A stretch of 64,000 nucleotides of DNA, from positions 52,260 to 116,259 of the forward strand of contig JAQGDQ010000665.1 of NCBI GenBank assembly GCA_030141605.1, given 5' to 3'. Position numbers and translations under genes: made by a program. The stretch is from Tubiluchus corallicola (lineage: Eukaryota; Animalia; Priapulida). The notes under the pieces are model-generated. The model was not told the origin of the DNA, did not search any database, and saw nothing but the letters and a program-made list of their open reading frames with translations. Position 1 is the stretch's first letter, and every line of letters begins with the position of its first letter. This document shows positions 49,501 to 59,900 of the stretch, piece after piece.

Positions 49501-50357
49501 AGACACAACACTCTGACACACTTTAGCATCAAGTCTACTCTATTTTTAAGAAGAAATTCCTGTTAAAAGAGGAAATGACCTTAATTTCTCCTTGGTTGAT
49601 CGGTTGGTTTTTCCTGGAATAGCAGCAGAACACTGCACAGCTTGAGCAGCAGGAAGCAGGCAATCAATAAAATAGCATGTACGATCACGCAAGTGTACAC
49701 CAGACTAAGCTACTCAATAGACTAAGTTGGGGTGCCTGAAAAGGGCGTGTTTTTCTTAATTTTATCCAATTAAATCACTTATAAATGTTTAAACAAATAG
49801 CATGATTGGGGCACCGAGATCTTCCTAAATAGAACAGTGCCTAATTTGTAATCATTTAGTTAGGTCTCTGCTCATACAGTAGTCTTATAAGATCTGTTCT
49901 GAATGGTGCGGTCCTGAAGGAGTTGAAAGCATAAACTCAAAATTGTCAGGAATATGATAAAACAGCATTCACCTATCCCTCACCTTTCCAGCAGACTCAG
50001 TATTACTTAACTTCTGTTGCCCAGCGCATATCGTGACTACTCAGCTGTTCTTTACCCCAAGTGACTCTTTAGTCTCTGTAGTTCCTCTACGAACTTTAGA
50101 TGTCATTATGACCTTTATTTTGAGTTTGGCACTGGAGTAAATAGAGATCTTTAATCAGTGAATTTTTCTCTTTATCAGACGAAGCAAACGTGGATGTCAT
50201 TTTACAAGAAGGCGGATGCAGCGAGGCCGTCGCGAACAAAGCTGAGGAGTCGGGTGTACCAATGGTCTCCACGGAGTGGCTTATACAGTGCCTTATAAAT
50301 GGGAAAGAAATGGATTTGGACGGACACGAGAAATATTCGTACAAGTTCCGTTGCTAG
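13531..50357 (+). CDS. TP53BP1: TP53-binding protein 1 (53BP1): disordered N-terminus, oligomerization domain, tandem Tudor, UDR, tandem BRCT
   Basis: Phase-consistent GT-AG exon chain: 13531-13541 (start exon uncertain), 13996-14127, 15597-15720, 18019-18135, 18322-18430, 19993-20148, 21491-21574, 24953-25076, 26268-27043, 29063-29187, 31616-31829, 34047-34195, 35372-35530, 37134-38667, 40412-40657, 42903-43000, 43744-43866, 44825-44904, 48731-48864, 50179-50357. Total 4674 nt, ~1557 aa. Motifs: GDLADVSSF, Tudor VLAKWRDKHFYPG..YDDG, UDR IALENIVMGKR, BRCT CRTEKYLQALALGIPCVSNIWI, YLLPAG, PMVSTEWLIQCLING. Confidence 0.92.
14189..14841. mobile_element. MITE with GGCC..TGTTTCTGTCT-type TIRs, unclassified
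   Basis: Imperfect TIRs; an inverted homologous copy lies at 21693-22306. Confidence 0.7.
15750..16425. mobile_element. hAT-like MITE (TAGGGTTGCCAGA..TCTGGCAACCTTA) carrying a nested SINE
   Basis: TIRs visible; flanks tacaaatc/tacaaact resemble an 8-bp TSD. Confidence 0.7.
16016..16280 (-). mobile_element. tRNA-derived SINE, near full length
   Basis: On the - strand: A box TAGTCTAGTGG, B box GAGTTCGAACC, core GTCATACCACAGACTTTAAAAATGGTACCTGCTG, and a 3' tail ending in (TTA)n. The core recurs at ~7374 and ~59604. Confidence 0.75.
16875..17646 (-). mobile_element. Internally deleted hAT (Charlie/Buster-type) DNA transposon with transposase C-terminal remnant
   Basis: TIR CAGTGGTTTCCAAA..TTTGGGAATCACTG; TSD atctaaaa/atctaaac. 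ORF 17179-17520 encodes the hAT dimerization domain (EEFW..ALNILTCFSTTYLCEQGFS..KTKKRNRL..QAHPSH). Confidence 0.9.
18939..19466. mobile_element. Tc1/mariner-pogo (Tigger-like) MITE
   Basis: TA|CAGTGTTCCCTC..GAGGAAACACTG|TA; homologs at 25568-26162 and 62552-63028. Confidence 0.85.
20163..20515. repeat. (GT)n compound microsatellite with GTGAATGAGGGA spacers
   Basis: Directly visible; starts 14 nt after the 53BP1 donor at 20149. Confidence 0.95.
20759..20927. repeat. 40-bp tandem repeat x4
   Basis: TAATTAGCGAGAGTCTTAAAGCCTATTTTACTATTACATT at 20761, 20801, 20841 and 20881. Confidence 0.95.
21693..22306. mobile_element. MITE, inverted copy of the 14189-14841 family
   Basis: Reverse-complement similarity along its length. 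Confidence 0.7.
22588..22965. repeat. Dispersed repeat (AATAATTACCTC..AGCTAATTATT family)
   Basis: Close copy at ~58553-58895; related inverted sequence at ~43140-43350. Confidence 0.7.
25568..26162. mobile_element. Tigger-like MITE, degenerate copy
   Basis: Inverted homolog of 18939-19466 with eroded TIRs. Confidence 0.75.
27130..27885. repeat. Dispersed element containing ~5 tandem units of ~120 bp
   Basis: Unit ..GAATAGAGAAGTGAGTGTCAGCTCG..TAGTCTGAACATGCTTGCAAGTTACTCGG..; a non-amplified inverted relative lies at ~3820-4130. Confidence 0.85.
28396..29004. mobile_element. Kolobok-like non-autonomous element (inverted copy of 61844-62469)
   Basis: Begins TTAA|AG; reverse-complement similarity to the 61844 copy. 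Confidence 0.6.
33353..33831 (-). mobile_element. RTE-clade LINE derivative (5'UTR-like piece joined to RT C-terminus and 3' tail)
   Basis: ORF 33484-33726 (LKGKVHKEVVRPALIYG..EMRMLRWMVGITRRDKIRN..IRG) is a typical RTE C-terminus. (GAA)n tail; 12-bp TSD AGAATATTGCAT at 33341 and 33832. A short 3'-end copy lies at ~32049-32140. Confidence 0.85.
34385..34900. repeat. 29-bp minisatellite (CATCATGTTTGATGACTT..)
   Basis: CATCATGTTTG recurs at 34388, 34417, 34446, 34475 and onward. Confidence 0.95.
40838..41483. mobile_element. MITE with TGTG..CACA ends and CGTCCATAAGTC inverted subtermini
   Basis: Imperfect TIRs; same-orientation copy at ~60059-60687. Confidence 0.72.
41994..42780. mobile_element. 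Tc1/mariner-type MITE
   Basis: TA|GAGTAAACTCCGCGTATCTCAAA..TTTGAGTTATGCAGAGCTTACTG|TA with repeated TAACTCAAA motifs. Confidence 0.7.
44031..44638. repeat. 26-bp minisatellite (GACTCACCTTCCCAGTGTGCACCACT)
   Basis: Directly visible tandem units in a 53BP1 intron. Confidence 0.95.
44898..46982. repeat. ~46-bp minisatellite beginning inside a 53BP1 exon
   Basis: Unit AGCGATTGTAAGTGCAATTAGTGTTTGTCTTGTGTAATTCTGAAGG, about 2.1 kb in total. Confidence 0.97.
47039..47612. mobile_element. hAT-type MITE, relative of 4822-5556
   Basis: GGGGATGT..ACACCCC ends and shared internal sequence. Confidence 0.65.
49328..49848. repeat. Dispersed repeat; second copy at ~57138-57722
   Basis: Colinear similarity (AAAACTGCTCTCA.., ACTGCAGTGTT.., GAAAAGGGCGT..). 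Confidence 0.7.
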
Positions 50358-50367
50358 AAAGCACAGC

Positions 50368-50373
50368 AATAAA
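50368..50373 (+). terminator. Candidate polyadenylation signal of TP53BP1
   Basis: AATAAA 10 nt after the TAG stop, followed by T/GT-rich sequence. Confidence 0.45.
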
Positions 50374-50564
50374 TGTTAATGTTTTATAAACTTGTATATA
50401 GACCCTGTTAGCATGTGGTCCTTGACTTATGACCACAATCGGCTCCGGCGGATTCGTTGTAAGATGACTTGGATGCAAGTCACACCCGTTAAGTGTGTGT
50501 TTATGCGCCCCGAGTACCTAAGATTTGTCGAAACAGATAGTTTAAAATTAATCTGCTAAAAAAT

Positions 50565-51089
50565 CAGGGATGACAATTTTCCGCGGATATGCGGAGTTCC
50601 GAGTTTTTGGAAGACCAGCAGTACCATTTTTGTAAATTGCATAAATTCGATGAGAAAATTTTTAAGGACCCAGTACATTGTTTCACAAGCTGACCGCTAG
50701 TTGGCAGGCCATCACTTTGTTTACATCACGTACATCAGTGTAACCACGTGTATATCTCTATGTATAAAAATATAGAATCAATTGTGCGGAGTTATTTGAG
50801 TCAATTGCAGACGGTTTTTATATACTTTTGCATAGGAGCGGCCAGTACTTAGACGTTTTTAAGACAATTAGGTATCATGTATCCTTGATAGTTGGGTATT
50901 TTAAATTATGCATAAAACAAGGTAACTGATATGTTAAGTCCACTTAGAGGTTGTTTATGGTCACAAAATTGCAATTTGTTGCTGGCTCCAAGGGGGTTTC
51001 GCCCCCCTTGAACCCCCATGAGAGCCTACGCGGCCCACCAACCCCCGGACTGTTTCAGAGTTTTTTGCAATTTGTCATTCTCATCCCTG
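50565..51089. mobile_element. hAT-like MITE (CAGGGATGA..TCATCCCTG), composite interior
   Basis: TIRs visible; the left end is shared with 29221 onward. Confidence 0.6.
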
Positions 51090-51377
51090 AAAAGTAGGAA
51101 GAAATAATTAGTTATAATTGTATAATTAATTAACTAAGTTGTGGTTTCAGTCGTTAAATCGAACAGTCGTAAATCGACGATCACCTACTTGTATTTTGCG
51201 TTGTAAATATCTTCGTTTTTGATGATTAATTCTGTTCAATATTTTTTTAAACAAGTGATCTACGTGTGGTTGCATTTGTATGCTGTTGAAAATTGCAGAG
51301 GTACAGTATTTTTGTCACGTTTTTTTCTTTCGTTTTTGTAATTATTGAAAGAGTTATATTTTGTGAAAAAGGAAATA

Positions 51378-51883
51378 CACTCGTATCTCGGTTAGCCGGA
51401 CAAAAGTGGGGAGACGTCGGTCCGAATTTGCCGATTGTCCGCATTTACTAGGCTAGTACAGTAGGCGCCGTCTATTAGATTCACGGTAATGTAGAATCAA
51501 ACGGCTAATCATCTAGTACTTTTGGTCCTATGCAAAAGTGTATAAAAATTGTCGCTAGTTGAGTCGACTAACTCCGCATAATTGACTGTAAACCATTTAC
51601 ACACGCTGATTAAACCACGTAAACACGCTGACATACAAGCTACACACGTGTCGTTACACGCTGTTTGGATGTAAACAAAGTGACAGCCCGCCAACTAGCG
51701 GTCAGCTACACGCGTGTCGTTACACGCTGTTTGGATGTAAACAAAGTGACAGCCCACCAACTAGCGGTCAGCTCACGAAACAGTGGACTGTGTCAGTAGT
51801 ATGTGGCTCTTAATCATCGGGATTTTGTCTGATTCGTCCGATATCTTTAAAACTGAGGTCCGGTAAACCGAGATATATGAGTG
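51378..51883. mobile_element. MITE with CACTCGTATCTCGGTT..AACCGAGATATATGAGTG TIRs
   Basis: TIRs; homologous copy at ~32815-33220 and an end fragment at ~39668. Confidence 0.7.
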
Positions 51884-52275
51884 CAGTTGAATCCGCAGTG
51901 TGCAGTTGTTAAAGTAGTTATCTTTATTTTACTCAGTATTGCAGTGTTTTTATGGTAAATTAGTTGATTTAGTTCAGATAAACGAGTTTCAATTCAAGTT
52001 GTTTTTATTGTTGTTAGCTACATTATGTACTTGTTTCTGAAATATTGTTTAAAAGTTTCTATGATAATGTGAAATCATGTGATCGAGTCTTTTCGTGATG
52101 CATTCCATTTGGTTGCCATGGAAACGTATCGGCGTTTAGAATGGGTGTAATTGCGGCAGCAATGAATTAAATGTATGAATTATGAAAATCCTAATTATGA
52201 ATTAAATTACATTATTAATCAGATTTTGAGGTTGTAGAGACTTTCCAGACATAAACACGCTCAATTCCATTCCAC

Positions 52276-52640
52276 TAGCGGTGAGCATTGAATGTTCGTA
52301 TTCTATTCGAATCAGTTTTTTAGTTCGAATTCGATTCCTATGAAAATTATGGATTCGAGTAATTCAGCACATCAACTACATATGTTTTTTATGAATAAAA
52401 TGTTTAAAACATCATGCAATCAACACAATTTAGCTGTGATTTTTGTGCACAATCTTTAAACAAATTATTATTGTTTTTGCTGCAAAATAAAATCAAGTTC
52501 TATGCATAATCTTTGTGGGATCGTTTTCTATTAGTGATTCGAAAATTTATTAGAAAATCTTTAAAATTGAATTCGAATTTGAAAATGCTGAAATTCGGTT
52601 CGATTCGAATTTGTTTTCTGGTAGAGGATGTTCACTCCTA
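52276..52640. mobile_element. TTCGAA-rich hAT-type MITE, copy 3 (degenerate)
   Basis: Colinear with 12146-12570. Confidence 0.7.
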
Positions 52641-53061
52641 ATTCCCGTGTAGTTTGAAAACACTTTTGTGCCTAAATGCCCAGTCTTAATGTAAAATATT
52701 TGTGTCACCTAGTATCAGCGAATCACCTTCCCAGTGTGCACCACTGACTCACCAAAAACGTATTTTTGATTTTATTCACAATGGAGTAGTTAGTGAAATG
52801 TGCATTGTAAATGTTATGATCATTTTTTCAAACTTTAAGCAAATTATATCTAAACTTGTTTAAAACAACTTACTGTTAAAATGATTGCATCTAACGGTCA
52901 TCATAGGAGTTTAGATTTACAAGTTTTATAGAACGTTACTGTTAATACAAGCCCTGTATGCAATAAAACAGTACATGGGTAATGCAAAATTTTTAAATTT
53001 TGCACAATTTAAGCATTTTAGACAATCAGAACCTGTCAGTGCACATTAACTATATAAACTG

Positions 53062-54025
53062 CTACTAGTTATGTTAGACTTACTGATTTCCTCGCACCTG
53101 CTTCTATGTGAACTTAAAAATGCTCACATAGACACTTTCAAATGAGACAGCTTTGTAACTATGCCTACTACTACTAGTTATGTTAGACTTACTGATTTCT
53201 TCGCACCTGTTTCTATGTGAACTTAAAACTGCTCACATAGACACTTTCAAATGAGACAGCTTTGTAACTATGCCTACTACTACTAGTTATGTTAGACTTA
53301 CTCATTTCCTCGCACCTGCTTCTATGTGAACTTAAAACTGCTCGCATAGACACTTTCAAATGAGACAGCTTTGTAACTATGCATATTACTACTAGTTATG
53401 TTAGACTTACTGATTTCCTCGCACCTGCTTCTATGTGAACTTAAAACTGCTCACATAGACACTTTCAAATGAGACAGCTTTGTAACTATGCCTACTACTA
53501 CTAGTTATGTTAGACTTACTGATTTCCTCGCACCTGTTTCTATGTGAACTTAAAACTGCTCACATAGACACTTTCAAATGAGACAGCTTTGTAACTATGT
53601 ATACTACTACTAGTTATGTTAGACTTACTCATTTCCTCGCACCTGCTTCTATGTGAACTTAAAACTGCTCACATAGACACTTTCAAATGAGACAGCTTTG
53701 TAACTATGCCTACTACTACTAGTTATGTTAGACTTTCTGATTTCCTCGCACCTGTTTCTATGTGAACTTAAAACTGCTCACATAGACACTTTCAAATGAG
53801 ACAGCTTTGTAACTATGCCTACTACTACTAGTTATGTTAGACTTTATTTCCTCACACCTGCTTCTATGTGAACTTAAAAATGCTCACATAGACACTTTCA
53901 AATGAGACAGCTTTGTAACTATGCCTACTACTACTAGTTATGTTAGACTTACTCATTTCCTCGCACCTGCTTCTATGTGAACTTAAAACTGCTCACATAG
54001 ACACTTTCAAATGAGACAGCTTTGT
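53062..54025. repeat. 109-bp tandem repeat, about 9 near-identical copies
   Basis: TAGTTATG recurs at 53066, 53175, 53284 and onward. Confidence 0.97.
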
Positions 54026-56144
54026 CAGAGATCAGTCAGTTTAGTGAATTGTAAAGTAATCATAAAGTTGAACTTAAAGTTGTATTAAGTAGTTTAACAG
54101 AAACCGTTTGCACTTTGTGTGATAGAGTTTAAGAATAATTCATTGATTTTTGTTGCCTAGTAAGTTTTTTTATAGTTTATGTAATGATGTATTTCCGCAC
54201 GTCTGTTGCTAAAAGTTATTTTTTTACATATTATTCAAATATTATTATTAAAGTACATTGCTTTAGTTTGTACTTTCATGAAGAAACAGAATATTGTTTG
54301 ATGTGTGTGCATTTTTTTATCATGCTCACGTTATTAGAAAAGTTTAGTCAAGTCGGGAAAAATATCCCAGGGTAAAGAAATGCTTTTTTATACTTTTGTT
54401 AAAACACATTATCATCATCATCATCATCATCATCATCACCATCACTGACGTCGTTTGACATGACCCTCCTGCTCACTTTACTCCATGCTGCCCTGTCACC
54501 CACAACTTCCTATGTCTCTGTATTTTTGATATCTAATGGTGTGTTGATAAGATCTTTTTGGATGAAATTGATGTAAGTTTGCAGCAGTCGTTAGTTTTTT
54601 TCTTTGTGCAGTGCTTCTGTAAAAGTTAATTTTAATCTTAATCTTCTCCTTTTGATTTTAATTGTCCATTCCTCTGCTTTGACTTTATTGTACAGATCCT
54701 AGTTTAAAACATGATGTCTCGACTGCTGTCTAGCAGTAGCTGAAATCTTTTTTCGACAAAAGTTACTAAAAAGTTTTTAAGGGACATTTGTGGTGCCAAA
54801 TTTTTCTTATTACTAAGAATTCATAGACTCTTAGTGAAGCTAGTATTTTTTATGCATTTGTAAGATTACAAATTAACAGTACCTTATATAGTTAAAGATG
54901 CGTGTCTTTTTATTTGTCACAGTTTTGTTGATGGTTCCAAAATAAGCATTAGCAAATAAAGCACATCTACATTACCGTGGCAACTTAGTAGTTTCTATTC
55001 AAGCCGAAGGTATGATAATTGAACTGTGATAGATTTTTATAACTAAACCTCTTTATACCTCCCACTTTGGGTCTCCGTAAGGAGGTGGCATTATGACGAC
55101 TTACAAGTCTATGCAAATATACAATTTTGTTTTGCAAGAAATATGGACAGCGGTGGTGATTCGTGTACAGATACTGTGGAACTGCAGCACCCCCTATTTT
55201 CACACAATATTATCGATAATATTCAATATAATAAGTCTTTTTTCTTTAGTTCTTTCTTTATTCTTGTACGGAAACAGAGCACATCAGGGTAGTACTGTTT
55301 GCGTCACAGCCCAGCACAGTGCACTCCAGCAATGCGGTGTTTGGCTGTTGTGTCCATGCGGTCATGCGCAAGTCTCAGCCCAGGTAGAGAAAGTACTATC
55401 GCTCACACAGTTTGTTGTCAGTTGTCACGAGCTTAAAAACCGCGTACCTGCATATTCTTGAACTGCGGCAATTTGGACTATTAGTAAGCAAAAAATGTAT
55501 GTTGGTTTGTTTAAAATTACAATTACAATTACAACATTAGAATTACATACGTTAGTTTCGTTTTACACAGTATTAAAACACTCTCTTAAAATTTTCTGAA
55601 GCAGCACCTCCAGTAATTTTAGTTACGAGCTGCCCCTGATGGGGGAGCAAGTGAGATTAGTATTACAAAAGGGGAGAGTTATATCTAGATTTGACTGCAT
55701 GTGTGCAACGACTGTATACTGTTAGTCAACTAAGAATACTCAAATTCTAAAATGGCATATTTCGCAATTGTACGTTATCTTGAAATAAAGGTGAATTGAA
55801 TTTAATTAGGTATAAAGATTGTGATGGGATGATTTTGTTTACTAACACCAAATTGCAGTTACATTTATAATTTGATAAAACCTGCCAGTATAACTAAGAG
55901 TTGATGCTAAAAATGACATTATTATTATCCTGTTTGGGTCAGATGAATGTGCAAAATGTAGCAGAACTGGTACTTGGACGTCTCAATGGGAAAGCTAGCA
56001 CTTCGTCAGTTTACCCTGCTTGTGTTTGGCAGAGTTTAACTGCAGCTGATACAACATTTAACGTTTCTACTTGGACGTCTCAATGGGAAAGCTAGCACTT
56101 CGTCAGTTTACCCTGCTTGTGTTCGGCAAAGTTTACGTTCTTTA

Positions 56145-56780
56145 CTAACATCTTTACTATCATCACCAGTTCATTACACTGGATAAAAATGTTCATCATC
56201 ACTAGTTCATTACTCTTGATAAACATGTTCATCATCATCACCAGTTCATCACTCTTAGCATGTGTTCATTATCACAAATTCATTGCTTTTGGCAAAAATG
56301 TTCATCATCACTAGTTCATTACTCTTGATAAAAATGTTCATCACTAGTTCATTACTCTTGGTAAAAATATTCATCATTACTCGTTTATTACTCTTGGTAA
56401 AAATATTCATCATTACAAGTTCATCACTCTTGATAAACATGTTCATCATTACAAGTTCATCACTCTTGGCAAAGATGTTCATTATCACGATTTCATCACT
56501 TCTTTGGAAAATATCAGTATTCTTGGTGTTAGCAGTTCTTGGTAGTTCATCACTTAATAAACATGTTCATTGTTGTTAGTTCATGTTCGTTATTCTGCTC
56601 ATCACTCTTGGTGAACACGTTCAACATCACTGTGTAAGCATATCCCAGTTTACTATTTTTAATAACAATATTCAACCACGACGAATTCGCAGCCTGGTGT
56701 GAACATGTTCATTATTACAAGTTCATCATTCTCGGTAAATATGTTCATCACCACCAGTTCATCCTTGTTGGTCAAAATGG
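56145..56780. repeat. Degenerate ~36-bp tandem repeat downstream of the HPS1 stop
   Basis: ATGTTCATCATCACTAGTTCATTACTCTTG units. Confidence 0.85.
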
Positions 56781-56901
56781 TCATTGTAATCAGTTTTACT
56801 TTGTTCGCCTCACATCAGACATTCTCTGTCTTTGATAAACCTAGTGACGGTGTTAAACGTTCAATAGGTATGAACACGGCGTAACTACGAGCAACAGTTC
56901 A

Positions 56902-59900
56902 TCACCTGAGCACGTTCATGAGTAATTTAACCGGACTTGACCGAGACGTCTTCCACAGCAAAGCAGCGAGTTGTTGACATTGGAACATGATCGTCTTATT
57001 AGTTAATTTCGCATCGTGTAAACATAATAGCTCATGACATCCCATCTCACTGCGCTTGTCACGGTTTCTGGAAAAAAAAGCGAGGCAGGTCGTTTAACTG
57101 TTTCAGAACCGTAAACGATTGCTGCATTTTTGCCTGGGATCATTCAAAACTGCTCTCAGTAAGCAGCAATTACATTACATTTGATAATTTTTGTTGGTTC
57201 TACTCCTCACACAATCGATTTTCATGCAAAATTATATATGAAATGCATTTGCTTACCTTAGACAAATTAAAAATCGATTTTGGACGAAAAAATTGAAAAA
57301 CCTTTGAAAAACTGCAGTGTTGGCACTGCAACAAAGTACAGTATCAGTTGTGTGAAATTGGTAACATAGAAAATTTCAACTATAAAGTCACAACAGCCTG
57401 ATATACTTTGGCCTAAAATCTACCCTTTTAAGGAAAAATTTCTGTTAAAGGACAAAACTACGTTAACTTGGCTGATCGGTTGGTTTTTCCTGGAACTGTG
57501 TACAGCAGGCTGTTCTCTTGGGCTGTAGAAAGCAGGCGATCAATAAAACAGTGTGTACGATCACACGAGTATTCAACAGACTAAGCTGCTCGATAAGCTA
57601 AGTTGGAGTGGCTGAAAAGGGCGTTTTTCTTAATTTTAAGCAATTAAATTACGTATAATATTTAAACAAACAGCATGGTTGGAAACCCGAGATTTTCCTG
57701 AATAGAGAACAGTACCTAATTCACAAAACCCGCAGTGACAGAATTCACAAAAGAGAACGAACCTTCAGCCTTTATTTAACTAGAGTAACAGATTTGAATA
57801 CAGTGTACTCTGTTATTGCATAATGTGGACTTTTCCCATGGCCCCACTGCCTGCACGACTATGTATCTATAAATTATTATTGCGCGTTTTACCGTTAATT
57901 AAGGTAAATAATTATTAGGTCATTATTAATTACATGTATTTGCATAGTGCTATATTAAAGCAGGCTGCGAAACTGCTTGTTGTGTAATACCTTGCACCTG
58001 TTCGTTATGTGGCACTTTATATAGAAGCTGCACTCAGTAACTGCCTGTGGTGTGTTATAAAACGCGCCCTTTATATGAATATAAAAGCGTACAGATTTTC
58101 CGAGGAGAATAACAATTTTTTCTAAAATGTGACACCCTCAAACTTTGGTGCCCTGGGCTATAGCCTACCTAGCCTATTGGTTAACACGCCCCTCAGCAGA
58201 CCCTGCCACTGAAGGCAAAATACCTTCTCAAGTGGGCTTAATGTAAAAAGAATTAGATATCGTACTAGTAATTAATTACCTGAAGATGAGTTCTGCTAAC
58301 GAACTTTGTTTTCCCATGATAGTTGTTAAATCTACAGGAACAGGGTTACCCTGCAAATAAGAAGGGAGATCCTGATATATTATACAACAAAAGCGTAAAC
58401 AAAACCACAACAGGACAAGATAAATACTCGCAACTCAAATCTCGCATTTTGTTTCTGAAGTTTGTTTCCGGAATCAGGGTGCTTGGAAGAGCATAGACTG
58501 TGGCTAGTTTGTGACGTAAGCGATAGCTGTGTTTGGTCAATTTATTAATTGATTAAACAATAATTACCTCGGATACTCAAATTTCCTTAAACTTTCAAAG
58601 CCACGTGCGGTTCAGGGAATCTACTAAGATTGGCAATGGCACCTTTTTGTCACATTCGCGTGGCCGACAAATAGAATAACCGTGATAACGATGATCATGA
58701 ACTGCAGTGTTAATTTCTAGCGTTTATTAAGCAGTACTGTAACATCTATGCAAATGTGCTTGACATACAAGAGAAGACGCCTGCCATTGCACAAACTGTG
58801 GTTAGTTTCTGACATAAGCAATAGCCACGTTCGGTTGCCGTTAATTAACTTTCTAAGCTAATTATTCAAATATAAGGAACAATTGCCAACTTTTCTCAAA
58901 ACTCTTATCCAGTGTCGGCTCGTGTCTCAGTACTGCGGAACTGCAGCACATCCCCTATTTTCGCACAATATTATAGATAATATTCAATATAATAAGTCTT
59001 TCTTCTTTAGTTCTTTCTTTACGCTTGTGCTGAATCAGCACAGTTGGGGTGTCGGGTGCAAGCAGCTATGCGCATATGTCTGACAGAACGCACTGTCTGC
59101 CGCACTGCTAGCATCTGCTGCTAGGTGGAAAAAGTACTGTCGCTCACACAGTTTGTTGTCAGTAGTCGCATGCTTAAAAGCCGTGCATCGGCATATTTTT
59201 GAACTGCGGCAATTTAGGCGATTTGTAAGCAAATAATTTTTTTGTTTAGGATTTTATCAAGTTTATGTACAAATTTTTGTACGTTTGTTCGTTTAAAATT
59301 ACGATTACAAATTACAACATTAAAATTACATATGCTTTTTTCATTTTACACAGTATTAAAACAATCGCTAAAAATTTTCTGAAGAAGCACCCCCACTAAT
59401 TTTAGCTATGAGCCGCCACTGCTCTTATCCATCACTACCAAGTACCAGGAGGATTACAAAATGATGTTGGATGAAGTCGACGCCACAATGAAAAACTAGG
59501 TGAGCGAATTGAACACCTAGGCTAATCTAGACCGGGTGGTATAGCTCAATGACAGCGTGCTCGCCTCCCGACCTGGAGGTCGCCGGTTCAACACTCTGAT
59601 CGAGTCATACCAAAGACTTGAAAAATGGTACCGCTGATTCGTCGACCAAACAAGCGGGTTCATCGAAGAAACACGAGGGTAATTAAAATCTTAACCACCT
59701 TGGAAATAAAAATGAGGCTACTTAAGGTGTTATCCTATGTCCTAAACAAAATCATTACAGGATTGATACCAGTGATGTCATGTTCGACACAATGAATTAC
59801 AGGTCAGACGCAGAGCCTGCAGACCAAAACATCAATTTATTAGTTTACTCACGCTTTCATTTTCAAACCAGAAGAAATAAGAATAGATGGCACTGCTGTC

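Noticed and set aside
56117-56884. Hydrophobic repeat ORFs (MFIITSSLLL..)
   Set aside because: Arise from a degenerate ~36-bp tandem repeat downstream of the HPS1 stop; no splice or homology support.
59530-59600. tRNA gene
   Set aside because: A and B boxes are present, but there is no convincing acceptor stem and the sequence continues into a SINE core shared with other copies.
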